This document shows positions 23,693-36,700 of a stretch of DNA of 64,000 nt, piece after piece. The stretch spans positions 63,355,320-63,419,319 of the forward strand of contig JARDVH010000042.1 of the NCBI GenBank assembly GCA_030324005.1. The letters run 5' to 3'. Position numbers and translations under genes: made by a program. The first letter of the stretch is position 1, and each line of letters starts with the position of its first letter. This DNA is from Negaprion brevirostris (Eukaryota). The notes below the pieces were generated by a model that saw only the letters and a program-made list of their open reading frames with translations, ran no database searches and was not told the DNA's origin.

Positions 23693-26344
23693 TGGCTGTG
23701 TCCTTGCATCTCCAATGTCATTTTTCATTGAACAATAAACTAATTTAAAGGCTGCACTTTCAATGCTATTTTGTTCTGATATATTGGGAAGAAAAACCTC
23801 TCCCTATAGTTCCAGCTCATTACCCAATCTGTGCATCACATCTTGTTTTTTAATTAAAGGATTTTCTGGTAACCTGACTAAAATTAATCCCTTGACCAAA
23901 TATCAGCAAACACGTGTTGGAATGGAATTTTAGCTCGTTGCCCAGAAGCAAAACTGACATTGCAGATTAACCATGAAAGAAATTAATGCTATTGAAAATC
24001 AGACAATTTCTATTATAGGCAGCTAATCTATGTTGTTTTCACATCCTGATAGTTCATCGAAAGTCTACCTCATTATTTGGTCACTCATTAATACATTGGC
24101 TGTTAATAAATTGGTTGCAGTATACATTTCAGTATTGCACTTCAAAAATAATATTTTGGATGAGAATAGGTTAAAGGATAGTAAAGTTCTGTCACCCAGA
24201 AAGTCCCTTATGGAAACCATTGGAAACCCTTCAGGTAACCACATGAGTAACCATTTCTTTTAACTGAACTTGAAAAATAAATCACACAGGGATGCAAACT
24301 GCAAATTCTCCTCTTCTGACACATAAACAGAATAAATCCACATCGCCCACATTTCTATAAATAATCAGGCCAAGAGTTGTTTAATTTATAACTACTTGGT
24401 TCTGACACAGGTCAGCCTGTCTCCAGATAATCTTTAATTGCTCTTTGTAATACCCAGCCCTTTAAAATCTGCAGATTGCCTTTTTGGATCATTCATGTTG
24501 AGCTCATTAAAAACATTTGTCTGGAGAATTCCTAAGGGATCACTTTTATTGACTGATTGCTTTAGTCTTGACACTTGTTGCTTTGCAGATTGACTGATAA
24601 CTGTAAATATGATTGTGACTGGGCTAAGCACTTGAGGAAATTTCACTGACGTAAAGCTTAATTGAAACATCTGAGTAGATCATAACATTCCTTCCTCTAT
24701 AACTCAGTAGCTGGAAGTAATGTAAATCAAATGATAGCATTAATAACTTTGTAGAAAGGCTGCATTCTATGAGGGACTTTTAATGATATATGCCTGAGTC
24801 GATTTTGGATGCTGCATTGGGAGCATCGTTCATCTCCTTACTATTGAATTTGTTGCCACTTATAATCAATTACAATAGTCTATCAATCATTATGTGTATT
24901 TTTCTGCAAAGTAATCTTTTCGGTAAAGGAATCTCCTTCCAAATGAAACCAAAGTCCAATTCTCCAATTCTGATGTCATTGATTATTTCTAAAGTTTGCC
25001 AATTCCTTTTGCAAATTTGGGATTCTGCATGGCACATCTTGAGGATCCACAATAGGATTATGCTTGAATATTCAATAGAAATGTGCCTATGACAGAGGCA
25101 ATTATAATGTTATCTCAACAATACTGGGAACACTATTCCAAAGGCCACGATTATGCCCTAATAAGCTGACTTGGCATCACATTGCAAGGTCATCTTATTA
25201 ACAGGTGCCCATGGTACCTAACGGATGACATGCTAGAGGTCCAAAGGGGTAGAACTTGGAATGCTAAGCCTCCACCGCAATGTAAGAACTGGTGACCAAC
25301 TAATGTTCATTGCTTTAATTCCTTTTGCACTTCAACCATTAGGGATGGAAATCCTATGCAAGGTTTAGTCAGTGGACCCAGAAAGAAACGACTGGAAGAA
25401 GTTAGGAACAGTGTTCCTATATCAAGAAGAAGGCTTCACAAATTGGATATTTTATGTTGCAGCTGGCTTTCCCTGAAGTGCCCCTTGTTAATGGATGATT
25501 AGCAACCCTGCTCAATCCACACTGGCATGATGATGAGGCTCTCTCAACTATGTCTCTTTAGGGACCAATTGCATTTGGTGCACTGAGCATTTTGAAATTT
25601 GTGGATGTCCTGCTATTTCAGCAAGGAGGATGATTGATCGATCCTGAGGCCTCTTGGTCTCTTTGGCTCGGTGATAAACTGGGCATTGTAGTGGAACCAT
25701 CAATGGAATTATACATGAGGTTCAACATTTAGAAGGAAGTTGGTGAACATCAACTGTGAAAATTTATGGTTGTTGAAGACAAACTTCAGTCTGTATCAAT
25801 TTTATTGTTTAAAAAGTGCAAAACCTATCCAACCTACAAGCTGAAGTAAATGGTAAAACTAAAATAGGAATCTTTGATAAAAACACAAACCACAAAAATA
25901 ATGGCCATTTTTAGTTCTATTCTTTGAACAATAGAAGCAAAAGCAATTACCAAATTACCAAAGGACAAAAAGGTAATTAGTAAAAATACATCTTTAATAC
26001 TAAAATAGATTTGGAATGCAAAATTTAAACATTTGAATTGTTATCATGTCAAACATGCTTCACTAAGAAGAATATTCACTGATTACTTTGTGACCTCGAT
26101 GATATTGCACAATAACAGTAACCTAAAACTTCATGAATTCTTTAGCCAGAAGTTGAATAGCCTATCATCATGTTTCACTCAGTGAATGCAGCTAAACAAT
26201 CAGCCAACAGCAGGTGAAAGTTTTGTACAAATTCAATTAAGTTGCCTCTCATTCGCATGGCCTAAATGCTGCAAATTCTTTCACTGTATTGATACGAATT
26301 GGTTGTTTGTAAACTTCTTCGAGTGGATACTCTGAAACTGTGAA

Positions 26345-26384
26345 ATGCCACGACATGAAAAGCTGATCACCAAATCAAGTGATG
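26345..26384 (+). CDS. TMC1: TMC1 coding exon 1 (MPRHEKLITKSSD, phase 1)
   Basis: gaaATG with purine at -3, in-frame TGA 12 nt upstream, donor G|GTAATG. Splices in frame to 49058 to give MPRHEKLITKSSD-VSIEVD, which resembles the recalled fish Tmc1 N-terminus (MPRHKL...SDVSIEVD). Confidence 0.75.
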
Positions 26385-27125
26385 GTAATGGGTCACCCTT
26401 CACATTCTTTTTCTGATAAATATGACTTTTTAATAAGTACAACTGTATATGTTTATCAAAGTAAATGCTCTTGTTCCTTATGCTTTTAAAGATGTTAATA
26501 AGCATGGTAATGATTAATTTGATTACAGAATAATTATCTTTCCACCTTTGGTGGATTATAATACTTCTGTGTCTAATCAATTACAATCTGTATTAAATAC
26601 TCAAGTTGCTGGAATCCTATACAATATCCAAAAAATAATATATACCTTTTCTGACAAGTGATTTAAAACTTCCAAATAACAGAGGAGATATTTAATTCTG
26701 AATATGTTCAGGAGCATGCTTTTTCTACATTGTGTGTTACATGAATGCAGGTTGTTCGGAGCTAGATTACTCTTGCCTTGAATGAATTTAATTCCAAGGT
26801 TTGCCTCACATATAAACACTAATTACAAATGGACACTGTTCTTGTAAACAGCATTTGGAATTTGTCTCTGCAAGCTTGTAGGTTTAAATGAAGCACAAAC
26901 TGCTGATAACTATTTCAAAGGAAGTTTGATTTTTTTTTCCAGAACGAAATTTGAGTAAATTGGATATGGATTTTTAGGTCAAAGGTTTGGCAAGAGTTTT
27001 TGGATGTCTGATCTGAAAAGTAATGTAGGTGAAAGAATGTTACTATAATGCCAGAGGGTGTTCTGTTTGTTGAACAACTGTAACATTTTCTGAAAATTCT
27101 ATAAGCCATGTACTGCATCCCCTTA

Positions 27126-27444
27126 TAGAATCATATAGAATCCCTACAGTGCAGAAAGAGGCCATTCAGCTCATCGAGCCTGCTCCAACAACAATTCCAT
27201 TCATGCCCTATCCCCGTAACCCCATGTGTATACCCTGCTAGTCCCCCTGACATTAAGGAGCAATTTCGTATGGCTACTCCATTTAATCCTCACATCTTTG
27301 GAGTGTGGGAGGAAACTGGAAAGCTCATGTAGAAATGGGGAAAATGTTCAAACTGCAAACAGACTGTCACCCAAGACTGGAATTGAATCTGGGTCCCTGG
27401 CACTGTGAGGTAGCAGTACTAACCACTGTGCCACTGTGCTGCCC
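27126..27444 (-). mobile_element. HE1-like SINE (left arm of palindrome)
   Basis: Full head GGGCAGCACAGTGGCACAGTGGTTAG on the minus strand; CR1-type tail at 27126. Confidence 0.9.
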
Positions 27445-27522
27445 ATTAATATTCTGCACAACTTTAACAAACAAACAATGATGCCCCATTGTTTGTTTGT
27501 TAAAGTTACGCAGAATATTAAT
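27445..27522. repeat. Inverted repeat: 36-bp arms (34/36 complementary), 6-nt loop
   Basis: attaatattctgcacaactttaacaaacaaacaatg - atgccc - cattgtttgtttgttaaagttacgcagaatattaat. Confidence 0.95.
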
Positions 27523-28020
27523 GGACAGTACAGTGGCACTGTGGTTTGCATTGCTGCTTCACAGCGCCAGGGACCCGGGTTCAATTCCCGGATTGGGTCA
27601 CCGTCTGTGTGGAGTCTGCACATTCTCCTTATGTCAGTGTGGGTTTCCTCTGAGTGCTCCGGTTTCCTCCCACAGTCCAAAGGATGTGCTGGTTAGGTTG
27701 ATTGGCCATGCTANNNNNNNNNNNNNNNNNNNNNNNNNNNNNNNNNNNNNNNNNNNNNNNNNNNNNNNNNNNNNNNNNNNNNNNNNNNNNNNNNNNNNNN
27801 NNNNNNNNNNNNNTTCCTCCCACAGTCCAAAGGATGTGCTGGTTAGGTTGATTGGCCATGCTAAATTGCCCCTTAGTGTCCTGAGATGTGTAGGTTAGAT
27901 GGATTAGCAGAGTAAATATGTTGGGTAATGGGAATAGGACCTGGGTGGAGTTGGTGTCAGTGCAGACTTGATGGGCCGAATGGCCTCCTTCTGCCCTGCA
28001 GGGATTCTATGATTCTATGA
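27523..28020 (+). mobile_element. HE1-like SINE (right arm of palindrome), with a gap artefact inside
   Basis: Head, V-domain and tail gggattctatgattctatga. Confidence 0.9.
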
Positions 28021-28749
28021 ATTTCCATTAGCTTAGTCAAATGCTGTTTTATAGATTCTACCAGGGTCTCTTTAATGAACTAAATATCTCCAAGTTATTA
28101 TTTGCCTCCGATTATCTCCTGAAAATTTTAACCACTACTGATTTTAAACTGATCAGTCTGTAGGTAATAGAAAAGTTCTTAAATCCTTTCTTGAATAATG
28201 GTATAGCATTTGCCACTCTCCAATTCTTGGGAGTCTTCCTTGAATTTAGGAAAGATTAGAAGATTATAGCAAGTCTTTTTGCTTCCTTTCCTGGGATGTA
28301 AGTTATTCAGACCAGTTGACTTACACACACTAAGTACAGTCAGCCGTTTCTGTACATTCAAAGTTTATTTATTAGTGTCATAAGTAGGCTTACAGTATCA
28401 CTACAATTAAGTTACTGTGAAAATCCCCTAGCTTATTCATTTTACCCATCCATTTCCTCTACCACCTCCACTTCTACTAATATTTTGTTCATGTCCATTT
28501 CCCTAGTAAACTCTGATACAATGTAATCATGAAGTATTTTAGTCTTGCCCTCCACCTTTAAGCTTATACCATTCTCTTGGTCCCTAATGAGGCCTACCCC
28601 ACCTCTTCCTTCCTGTTTACTATTTTACTGATATGTTGTGCTAATATTTTCCCTCTTTACTTCTACTTTCAACTAATTGTATTTGTCCTGGTTCTCTCTT
28701 GACTACTTCACCTGACATGCCCCATTCACCCTTGCTACCCGTTGTCTAG

Positions 28750-29280
28750 TATAGGGCAGAGTTGACATGTTGTGTCCTAAAAAGTGATGTGCATGCTGCA
28801 AATGAGCAGGCTGCACCACAGGAAACCCACATTGCTAGCAAAGCCACATACTCAATCTGTCTCATCTCAGAGACATAATGAGATATAATTATCTCCCTTT
28901 GAAAAGTGAGCCTCAGTGACCTCCCTTAGCAACAGTGGAAGGCAGGTTGTGAGACAGTGGAAATATTGCCTGCTCCAGCCCTGAAGGAGTGAAGTGCACA
29001 AAAGTTCATCACAACAGCCATCTTCAAAGGCTCAAGCAATGCTCTGAGATTTCAAGTGATACATTTCAGTGAGAATGGCCTTATTGAATCACATGCATTG
29101 CATCCTTCACTGAGGGTCAGATAGGAGAATTGCTCCCTGAATACCTTGGGCATACATGGTCTCCTACGAAGAGGCCTTATTCCCCTCCTCCTCCTGCCTC
29201 TTCCAGCAACTTGTTCTGCTCTGCATAAACGTTGTTCATTGCATTGGGGATGCCTACAAATACATCCATGTCTGCAGCAA
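28750..29280 (-). mobile_element. PIF/Harbinger transposase (HARBI1-like) relic
   Basis: Frameshifted minus-strand peptides RRRPCMPKVFREQFSYLTLSEG, KMAVVMNFCALHSFRAGAGNISTVSQPAFHCC, REVTEAHFSKGDNYISL and GFASNVGF match, in order, Harbinger transposase motifs (ALxFxASGSFQ...ISQxxVxRCIxEVTxAL...GFP.V.GAIDCTH). Confidence 0.75.
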
Positions 29281-29659
29281 TTGGTTTGTCCAGAGACCTT
29301 GAGATCAGCAAAAGTCTTTCAGTACCTGCCATACCACTCCCTGTAGACTTAATACGATAATCTAAATTACCAAACACTTGTAGAATCATAAAGAAGAAAT
29401 CAGCCATCAACTAATATGCAAGTAATTGATGTTCTTTTCAAAATGGTGGTGGTGGAGGTCCTTCCTATTGTTGAAGAGTGTGTTCAGCTGTTGAACATTG
29501 TGTTCCCAAATAGCACTGCTGGTTTCAGAACTGCATTACATGCAGGTTGACTTCAAGATCTGCCTTCTCCATATTCTTTCAGTGGAATTTCATACTAACA
29601 CACACCGCACAACAACAATTTGGNNNNNNNNNNNNNNNNNNNNNNNNNNNNNNNNNNAT

Positions 29660-31000
29660 AGGATGCCAACTCTGTGTCAAATCTTTTTAGGAGAAGCAAG
29701 CTCACAATGCCCATGCACGAGACCATACAGGCGAATAGCAGACTTGGAAATCCTGAATCAATATGAAAAGCAAGTGCTATCCCACCTGAAGGGTGAGATC
29801 ACCAGGATTATTGGCAGTGGTGGGAATGGAGAGATGTTTGTTTCTTGTATCAGACTGAATGATAAGGAGAGATGTTCAGTGTGGTTTACAGGAGGTTGGG
29901 AAAATGCAAAGTGTTGAGAGTTCACGCTCCCCAACAGGTGTCATGATCAGAGGCTTCACATTTTGTCCAGGAATTCATAGCTTCTGCCGAGTTCATTTCA
30001 CATCTATCAGGTGCTGAAGAAGTGAATGTGAGTTCAGTGTTAGGGGATGATGTGTCAAGTAATGTGATACCTGATTACTCTCTTTACTGATATTTCTCTC
30101 TTTCAGGAGAAGAATCTTAAGTGCCACCTCCAGCAGAAGGAGTGCAGCAACCTCCCTCCTTCTGCTCTGAGGAACCCTTGGCGGGTACAGCATCACATCC
30201 TCTCTCTGCACCAATCACCATCACAGATACTGTCACTTTAGCAGGTTTAGTGCATTGGACAGGGGTCATGCACAAATTGGTGAGGGCACTTCAAATCACT
30301 AAGTACAGCCGCTGGAGAGTGTGGTGGAGCAGATCTTGAGCACTTCGAGGGGCGCCTCTGGTGAACCAGAATCTGATTCCAAGTCGGACAATGAGCCTCT
30401 GGAGTTGTCCATAAGGCGTGAGGTCTGTGAAGATTTGACAGGTATACCAAAGGAGTTGTGTGCTCTGGCAGGGGCTGTGTCCATCCAGGCCAAGAGCACT
30501 ATGATCACACACTCTTTAAAGTACTAAGCTTCCTCCATGGGCAGACTGGCAATTACCGTTGAGCGGCAAACTGAGCACATTGCAAATACAAGTGTCATGA
30601 TGCACTCTGACCTGTGCACCATTGTCCTGGCTCTGAGCTCAGGGGATCAGACCCAAGACAAGAGGGAAACTGGGAATGTGGTCACCCATCTGCTCCATTT
30701 GGTTTGCAGGGAGGGCCAAATGGGCTTGAGCAGCAGCTGCCTCCATCCGGATGTTCTTCTCAGGGAACTTGTGAAGGGGGCAGCTTCCACCATTAAACAG
30801 CCATTGATACAGGTTACAATCATTGCTGTGGCAACTGAAAACTCACATGTGACTGTGCAAGAATCTCCTGAAGTGGTTGGGTGGCTCAAAGTCCAAACCT
30901 CAAAGACACCTGCCAAAGTCATCCAGGGCAAGGGAGGAGGCAAATCAGATATCTCTCTCCAGTACAGCTGCAAGCGAAGGAGAAACATTGCACCTGAGCA
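29660..31000 (+). mobile_element. Probable relic of the Harbinger companion (Myb/SANT-like) gene
   Basis: Divergently oriented next to the transposase relic, with broken ORFs (EILNQYEKQVL..., S/T/E-rich and coiled-coil-like pieces) and a residual splice acceptor at 30106. The Myb domain itself is not recognisable. Confidence 0.4.
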
Positions 31001-31104
31001 CTTGTGAAAGTTTTTGTCTATATTCACAGCATCAAGAATAGGGCCACATGGGTGGCATCTCTCTTCTTGAGTGTCTGCTTGTCTTGAAGCAGACACTCAA
31101 GCAG

Positions 31105-32530
31105 ACCACCCGGTGAATGGAAAACCTGTTAAGATGGAAATAGACACTGAAGCATCTCAAGTATGAAATGCAGAAGAAGCTTGCACCAGCAATTTAGACG
31201 TTCACTTGCTGTTTAATGTGAAAGCCCCCATTACTGTAATGTTCCTGGTAAATGGTGGGAAATTTAACAACTTACAGAGGAGAAACCATAAAGGTTATGG
31301 GCACAACAACAGCACCTGTAGCTATGGACAGCAGTCTTCCCAGCTCCCAGTAATAATGGTGTCAGGAAATAGGACAAAGCCTCTTGGGCAGTGATTGACT
31401 TAAGGAAATCAAGTTAAATTGTACTGAGAGTTTCCAAGTGTGGGAAGGAGAATTGTTCAGACTGATGAAGAAATATGAGAACTTCTTCAATGATGAGTTT
31501 GGCAAGAAAAATACCCTGCTAGCAAAGATCTATGTTAACCCAGAGGTGTCCCCTTGACCAGCACCATATGCCTTATGACCAAAGGTGGAAACTGAATTAA
31601 AGAGATCTGAAGAACTGGGCANNNNNNNNNNNNNNNNNNNNNNNNNNNNNNNNNNNNNNNNNNNNNNNNNNNNNNNNNNNNNNNNNNNNNNNNNNNNNNN
31701 NNNNNNNNNNNNNNNNNNNNNNNNNNNNNNNNNNNNNNNNNNNNNNNNNNNNNNNNNTGAGGTAGAATGTGGGTGCACAAGGATTACACCCTAGAGAAGA
31801 CAAGGTCAAGGCCAAAAAGAAGCACAAGCTCCACAAAACAAATCTGAGCTCAAGTCATTTTTAGGAATGGTGATTTACCATGGAGACAGGATTTTCTGGC
31901 TGTGTTTGCTCCAAGGTTGTATGGTCCACCCCCGCCCACCATGATTCCCATGGTAGGCAGAATGGGAAAATTCCAACCTGGATTTTTTTAAGCAAATTTG
32001 TGCACATTATTAGTTTACTTGCATATTCTGCTGAAGAAACAGCAGCATTGGTTTTTGAAGATACCCTATAAAGAAGCATCCAATACAGCAAAGCAATCAC
32101 TGTATTATTCAAATTGTTGGTGCATTTTGACCTGTCTAAGAAATTGATGTCAACCTGTTGTCCATGAGATGGACAACATATCAGAAAGACTAACTGGGTA
32201 TATCTCGAGAACCCTCTCAGAAGCTGAAAAAGGCTACTCACAAATTGAGAAAGAATGATCATCAATAGTTTTTGCTGTCAAGAAATTCCACCAGTATTTG
32301 TGTGTTTGGCACTTTACCATTGTTTCGGATCACAAACCACTTTGGGTCTTTTTAAAGAAGACAAGGCTATTCCACCAGTTGTATTGGCAAGAATTCAGCA
32401 TTGGGTGTTAATCCTTTCCGCCTATGAATATGCCTTCAAGCACAGCCTGTAAAACATATAGCAAATGTGGATGCACTTAGACACCTACCTTTGCGAGAGA
32501 GTGTAACACCTCCCCAGTACAGTTCAACAG
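31105..32530 (+). mobile_element. Gypsy/Ty3 LTR retrotransposon pol relic (protease, RT end, RNase H)
   Basis: VNGKPVKMEIDTEAS (aspartic protease DTGA-like), PQNKSELKSFLGMV, SRTLSEAEKGYSQIEK, FAVKKFHQYL...FTIVSDHKPL, RIQHWVLILSAYEY, ANVDALRHLPL. Many stops and frameshifts. Confidence 0.88.
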
Positions 32531-33509
32531 CTAACCAGACATTTTGAACTGTTTAAAGGTGATCAATTTTAAAAACAAACAAGTTAAGCTACTGATCCAA
32601 AGGGGCAGCCGTGAGTCATCTGATAGCCAATATTGTAAAGTTGACCATTTTTCTGGAAGGTTTCTATATGAATTGCACTGCAGACCTGTTAGATGTAATT
32701 TCACACCTGTGGGAACAGGGGTGGATGGGGATAGGGGGTAGATGAGCCGTTCAGGTGGGGTGTCAAGGTCCACTATAACAGTGCACTGTTGAAAGGAAGT
32801 ACAGGACTTTGATCAGCTGTAGTTCTACTAAGACAATGGAACGGATAACTAGTTAGTTAAGAAGAATTGATTACAAAAGTAGCGATGTTATTCTTCAGTT
32901 ATAGAGGACATTGGTGAGACCACATTGGGTGTTGAACACTTGACATCCTGAGAGTTGGCACGTAATCCATCCCCACTGACTCTGCCATGCCTATTGCTAT
33001 TTCATTCTCAAAAGAGCATTGATTGGCAGTAGGTGGGACATCCATTTATCCTTGGGGAAAAAAGTCCTGCCTTGGAGATTTAATGGCCAGTCAGATTGAC
33101 AGACAGCTTCCCCAACCCATCCAGGCATTGTGCTGCCGTGAGCAGAAGAGGTATTGCAGCACTGTGTCTTACTGCACTTGAAGTAAGTCCCAGGGGTCCG
33201 AGGGTGGAGGCACATGAGGATAGGGTATGTCTGGGATTTTCTGGCCTCATCTGTGCAGGACCCGTTGTTAGCGAGAATGGAGAATTTGATGTTCCAAAAC
33301 TCCATTCACTTTCAGTGGTTACGGAGAATCCCATCAGTGAATGATGACAGAAGATTTCGGCCATTCTATATACATTTGTAAAAATGTCAACTTTTGATAT
33401 TTGACCATGAACACTCCGAAGTAACAGTTTTGATCTTTCAATTAATCCAAACAGATCATAGCTAAACAATCATATGTCTATAGCGCCAAATTAATCCCTA
33501 AATCCAGTG

Positions 33510-33790
33510 ACTGCTGCCTCATAGCAACAGGGACCTGGTTCGATTCCCAGCTTGGGTAACTGTCTGTGCGGAGTCTGCATGTTTTCCCCGTGTATGTGTG
33601 GGTTTCCTTCGGGTGCTCCGCTTTCCTCCCACAGTATGAAAGATGTGCTGGTTAGGTGCATTGGCCATGCTAAATTCTTCCTCAGTGTACCTGAACAGGC
33701 ACTGGAGTTTGGCGAAAGGGGGATTTTCACAGTCGCTTCATTGCAGTGTTAATGTAAGCCTACTTATGACACAAATAAACTAAACTAAAT
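33510..33790 (+). mobile_element. HE1-like SINE, tail type 2
   Basis: Same head and V-domain as other HE1-like copies, but 3' part ttcttcctcagtgtacctgaacaggc...ggggattttcacagt..cttcattgcagtgttaatgtaagcctactt...aataaac(taaac). Tail-only fragments at about 28361-28412 and 43898-43973. Confidence 0.85.
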
Positions 33791-36700
33791 AAAATTCCTT
33801 TGATTGACGAGAAATTACACTAACAGATGAATCAGCGGATACTCTTTAGTAAGGCTTTATTCTTAACAGAATTTTGCTACATCTACCAAAACATGATGAT
33901 TTCTTAAGAGCTGTTCTTCACAGGTGTTAATAACTTTAACAAACATCATTCACAATAAAGAAGAGCACCATTACTTGAAGTAAAATACATGGCTGAGCTA
34001 GGGAGGGACAATTTTAAATTAAATCTCCCATTAGAAAACTAACGAGATTGGATTTGCTTTTACTTGATATCTGATTTAATTCACCACTGAACCCAATGGA
34101 AGATAATCATGAGTGGGGTGCAAAATTGTCATTCCATCCAATCTTGGCAAATTAAGTTAAAATTTCCCCCATAGTTCCCATTTATTAAAATTCCATTTCT
34201 GTTGCACACTGAAAACTAGAATGGCTCAAAATTGAGCTAAAATCTGGTTTTAAGTGCATAATATAACTGCTTGAAATAGTCAATATCAGAACAAACAAAA
34301 GTGGCTAGCTCCTGCTTTTGTTTTAGGACAACTGTGAGCTACTGTGGGGATAGGTTTTTGTCACCAAAAATGACTTGTGTTTATGGCAGAACAATGTCGT
34401 TAGAAGCCTGTGTGTCTTTCAAAATCCATCTCAGAAGCAGCTAAAATGGGAGTCAGTTTAGGGGTGAACAGTGGCAGCTGTCCCAGCATATAATCACTGA
34501 AAGTCAAAACTGAGGCTTATATATAAAAGGAAAGCCATTCTGATTTTTATCCATTCAGTTGCCTTGCTCACACCTGAGCAGAAATTTCTCCCCAGTCGTA
34601 TCGTATGCAATTGATGCTACATTGCAATATTACTTTTAGTACATGTGAACATAATTTCCATGTGAAATTAAAGGAAGAGTTTAAAATAAATGCTGTTACC
34701 AATTTAATGGTCTGATTTTATTGTAGCAGAAATTGTAGAGTGATCCAAAGTTTCATTTTAATGAGATTGATTCCAAAGCTTACAATTAAAACAAATATTC
34801 AAAATCAATCCTGTTTGGCTATTGGATCATATTGGAACTTTTTAAACTTCATTCAGCATGTGGTTATGGATAGACACTTGACCATGCACCCAAATTAAAG
34901 CATGTTTTGCATTCATGTGAAAACAAAACCACTTCACACTGATGTAAACTGTATCTTGTAACTGGTCTCTAAATTATTTACAATGTATTCACGCTGTATT
35001 GGTCAACCTTTCCATTTAAGTCTATATCTTCCCAACTTACACTGTGTTGTAGCCTGCTCGTGTACTGTCCGACTAAAGTAAGTTACACGGAATGCATTTA
35101 AAATGATTAAATCAAGAACTTTCATTTTCTAGTTATCTGAAACTGCTTGTTAGAGTCTCATCAATTTTAGATAAGCTCATTAGTGAAAGGGGCAGCATTA
35201 TTTGGACATTTTCAATTCAGTAAGGACATGCATTTAAGCAGCTATATAATTAAAGGGACACAAACCAGACTTTTTCTAAATCTCTAAAAAAAATTAACAA
35301 CCATAACTTGATTTTACATAGTGTTTTAACATAGCAAAATAGCAGACAATGTTTCATAGAGGTGTGATCAGAAAAAAAGGTCATGAAACCAAAGAAAATG
35401 ATTTTAGAATGTATAGATTGAAAGAGGGTTTATAAGACAATATGTAAGAAGGTGATTCCTAAGTGAAGGGACAGCATGTAGGTGAGCAAAAGGAATGAGC
35501 CAAACATAAATCCCTGAGGACTCTAATGGTGATGGTGTGTGCCAGAAAGAGAAGATTGTTGAAGATTTTCTGGCTATAATTGGATAGGTAGTATTGAAAC
35601 TAAGCAAGAGCAATCCTATTGAGCTGGACAATGGAAGAGAAGTGTTGGAGGAAGATAACATGAGCAAAATGCTTGAGGAATAAGGACAACAAATAGGGAT
35701 AATTGACCACAATCACAACCAGACAAGCTGTGGACTTCTTTTGGAATCTTTGGTAAAGATTTAGGAGATGACAAAATATTCAAGGATTTTGAAAAGGAAA
35801 GGGAGATTGGAAACGTGATACTAGTTTGCAACCACAGAGTGGTCAAGATAGGGTTTTATGAGAAAGGGATGATAGCAGAAATTTTGCAAGGAAGGTAGAC
35901 ATTATCTGAGGAGATGAAACCATTCACAACGTCAGTTGAAGAAAAAGGGGTGAAGGGAAGACAAAATATTTATTCATGGCATCTCCTTATTATCTGTTAT
36001 TAATTCCCTATTCTCAGTCTTTAGAGGACCAGCACTCACTTTACTTAGTCTTTTCCTATTTAAATACCTGTAGAAACTGTTAATTTTTAAAATTTCTAGA
36101 CTAGTTTAAAGTACTATTTTTAGACCCATTTTTCTTCTTTTCAAACTGGGTGTAAAATCCAGTCATACTGTGGTCGCTGCAGCAGAGGAGTCCTCTAGGT
36201 CATTACTTAATCCAGTCACAACATCAAATCTAATATAATCTCTCTGGTATGTTTCAGAACATGCTGTTCTTAGAAACTGACTCAAAATATTCTATGAACT
36301 CCTCAACCAAGCTATTATTACCAATCTGATTTTTCCAGTTTATATGTGGATTAAAATCTCCCATGATTTTTGCTTTATTCCTTTATTACAAGCACCCAAT
36401 ATTTCTTCGTGTAAATTTTGGCCTGCATTATGGTTCCTGTTAGGGGGCCTGTAAACCACTCCCACTAGGGACTTCTTTCCCCTAATATTCCCCACCCAAA
36501 CTGATTCCACATCCTAGTCTCCTGAGCCAAGGTTATCTCTAACTATGGCACCAATGCCATCCTTGAGTAACAGTGCTACTCCTTCACCTTTACCTAGCTT
36601 TCTATTCTTCTTGCATGTCATTATCCCTCAATATTCAGGACTCATTCCCTGTCATCTTGAAATCATGTCTCCCTCATGGCCATCAGATCATATTTATTTA

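Noticed and set aside
28750-29280. Possible domesticated HARBI1-like host gene
   Set aside because: Multiple frameshifts and stops and an eroded GAIDCTH catalytic motif indicate a dead transposon copy.
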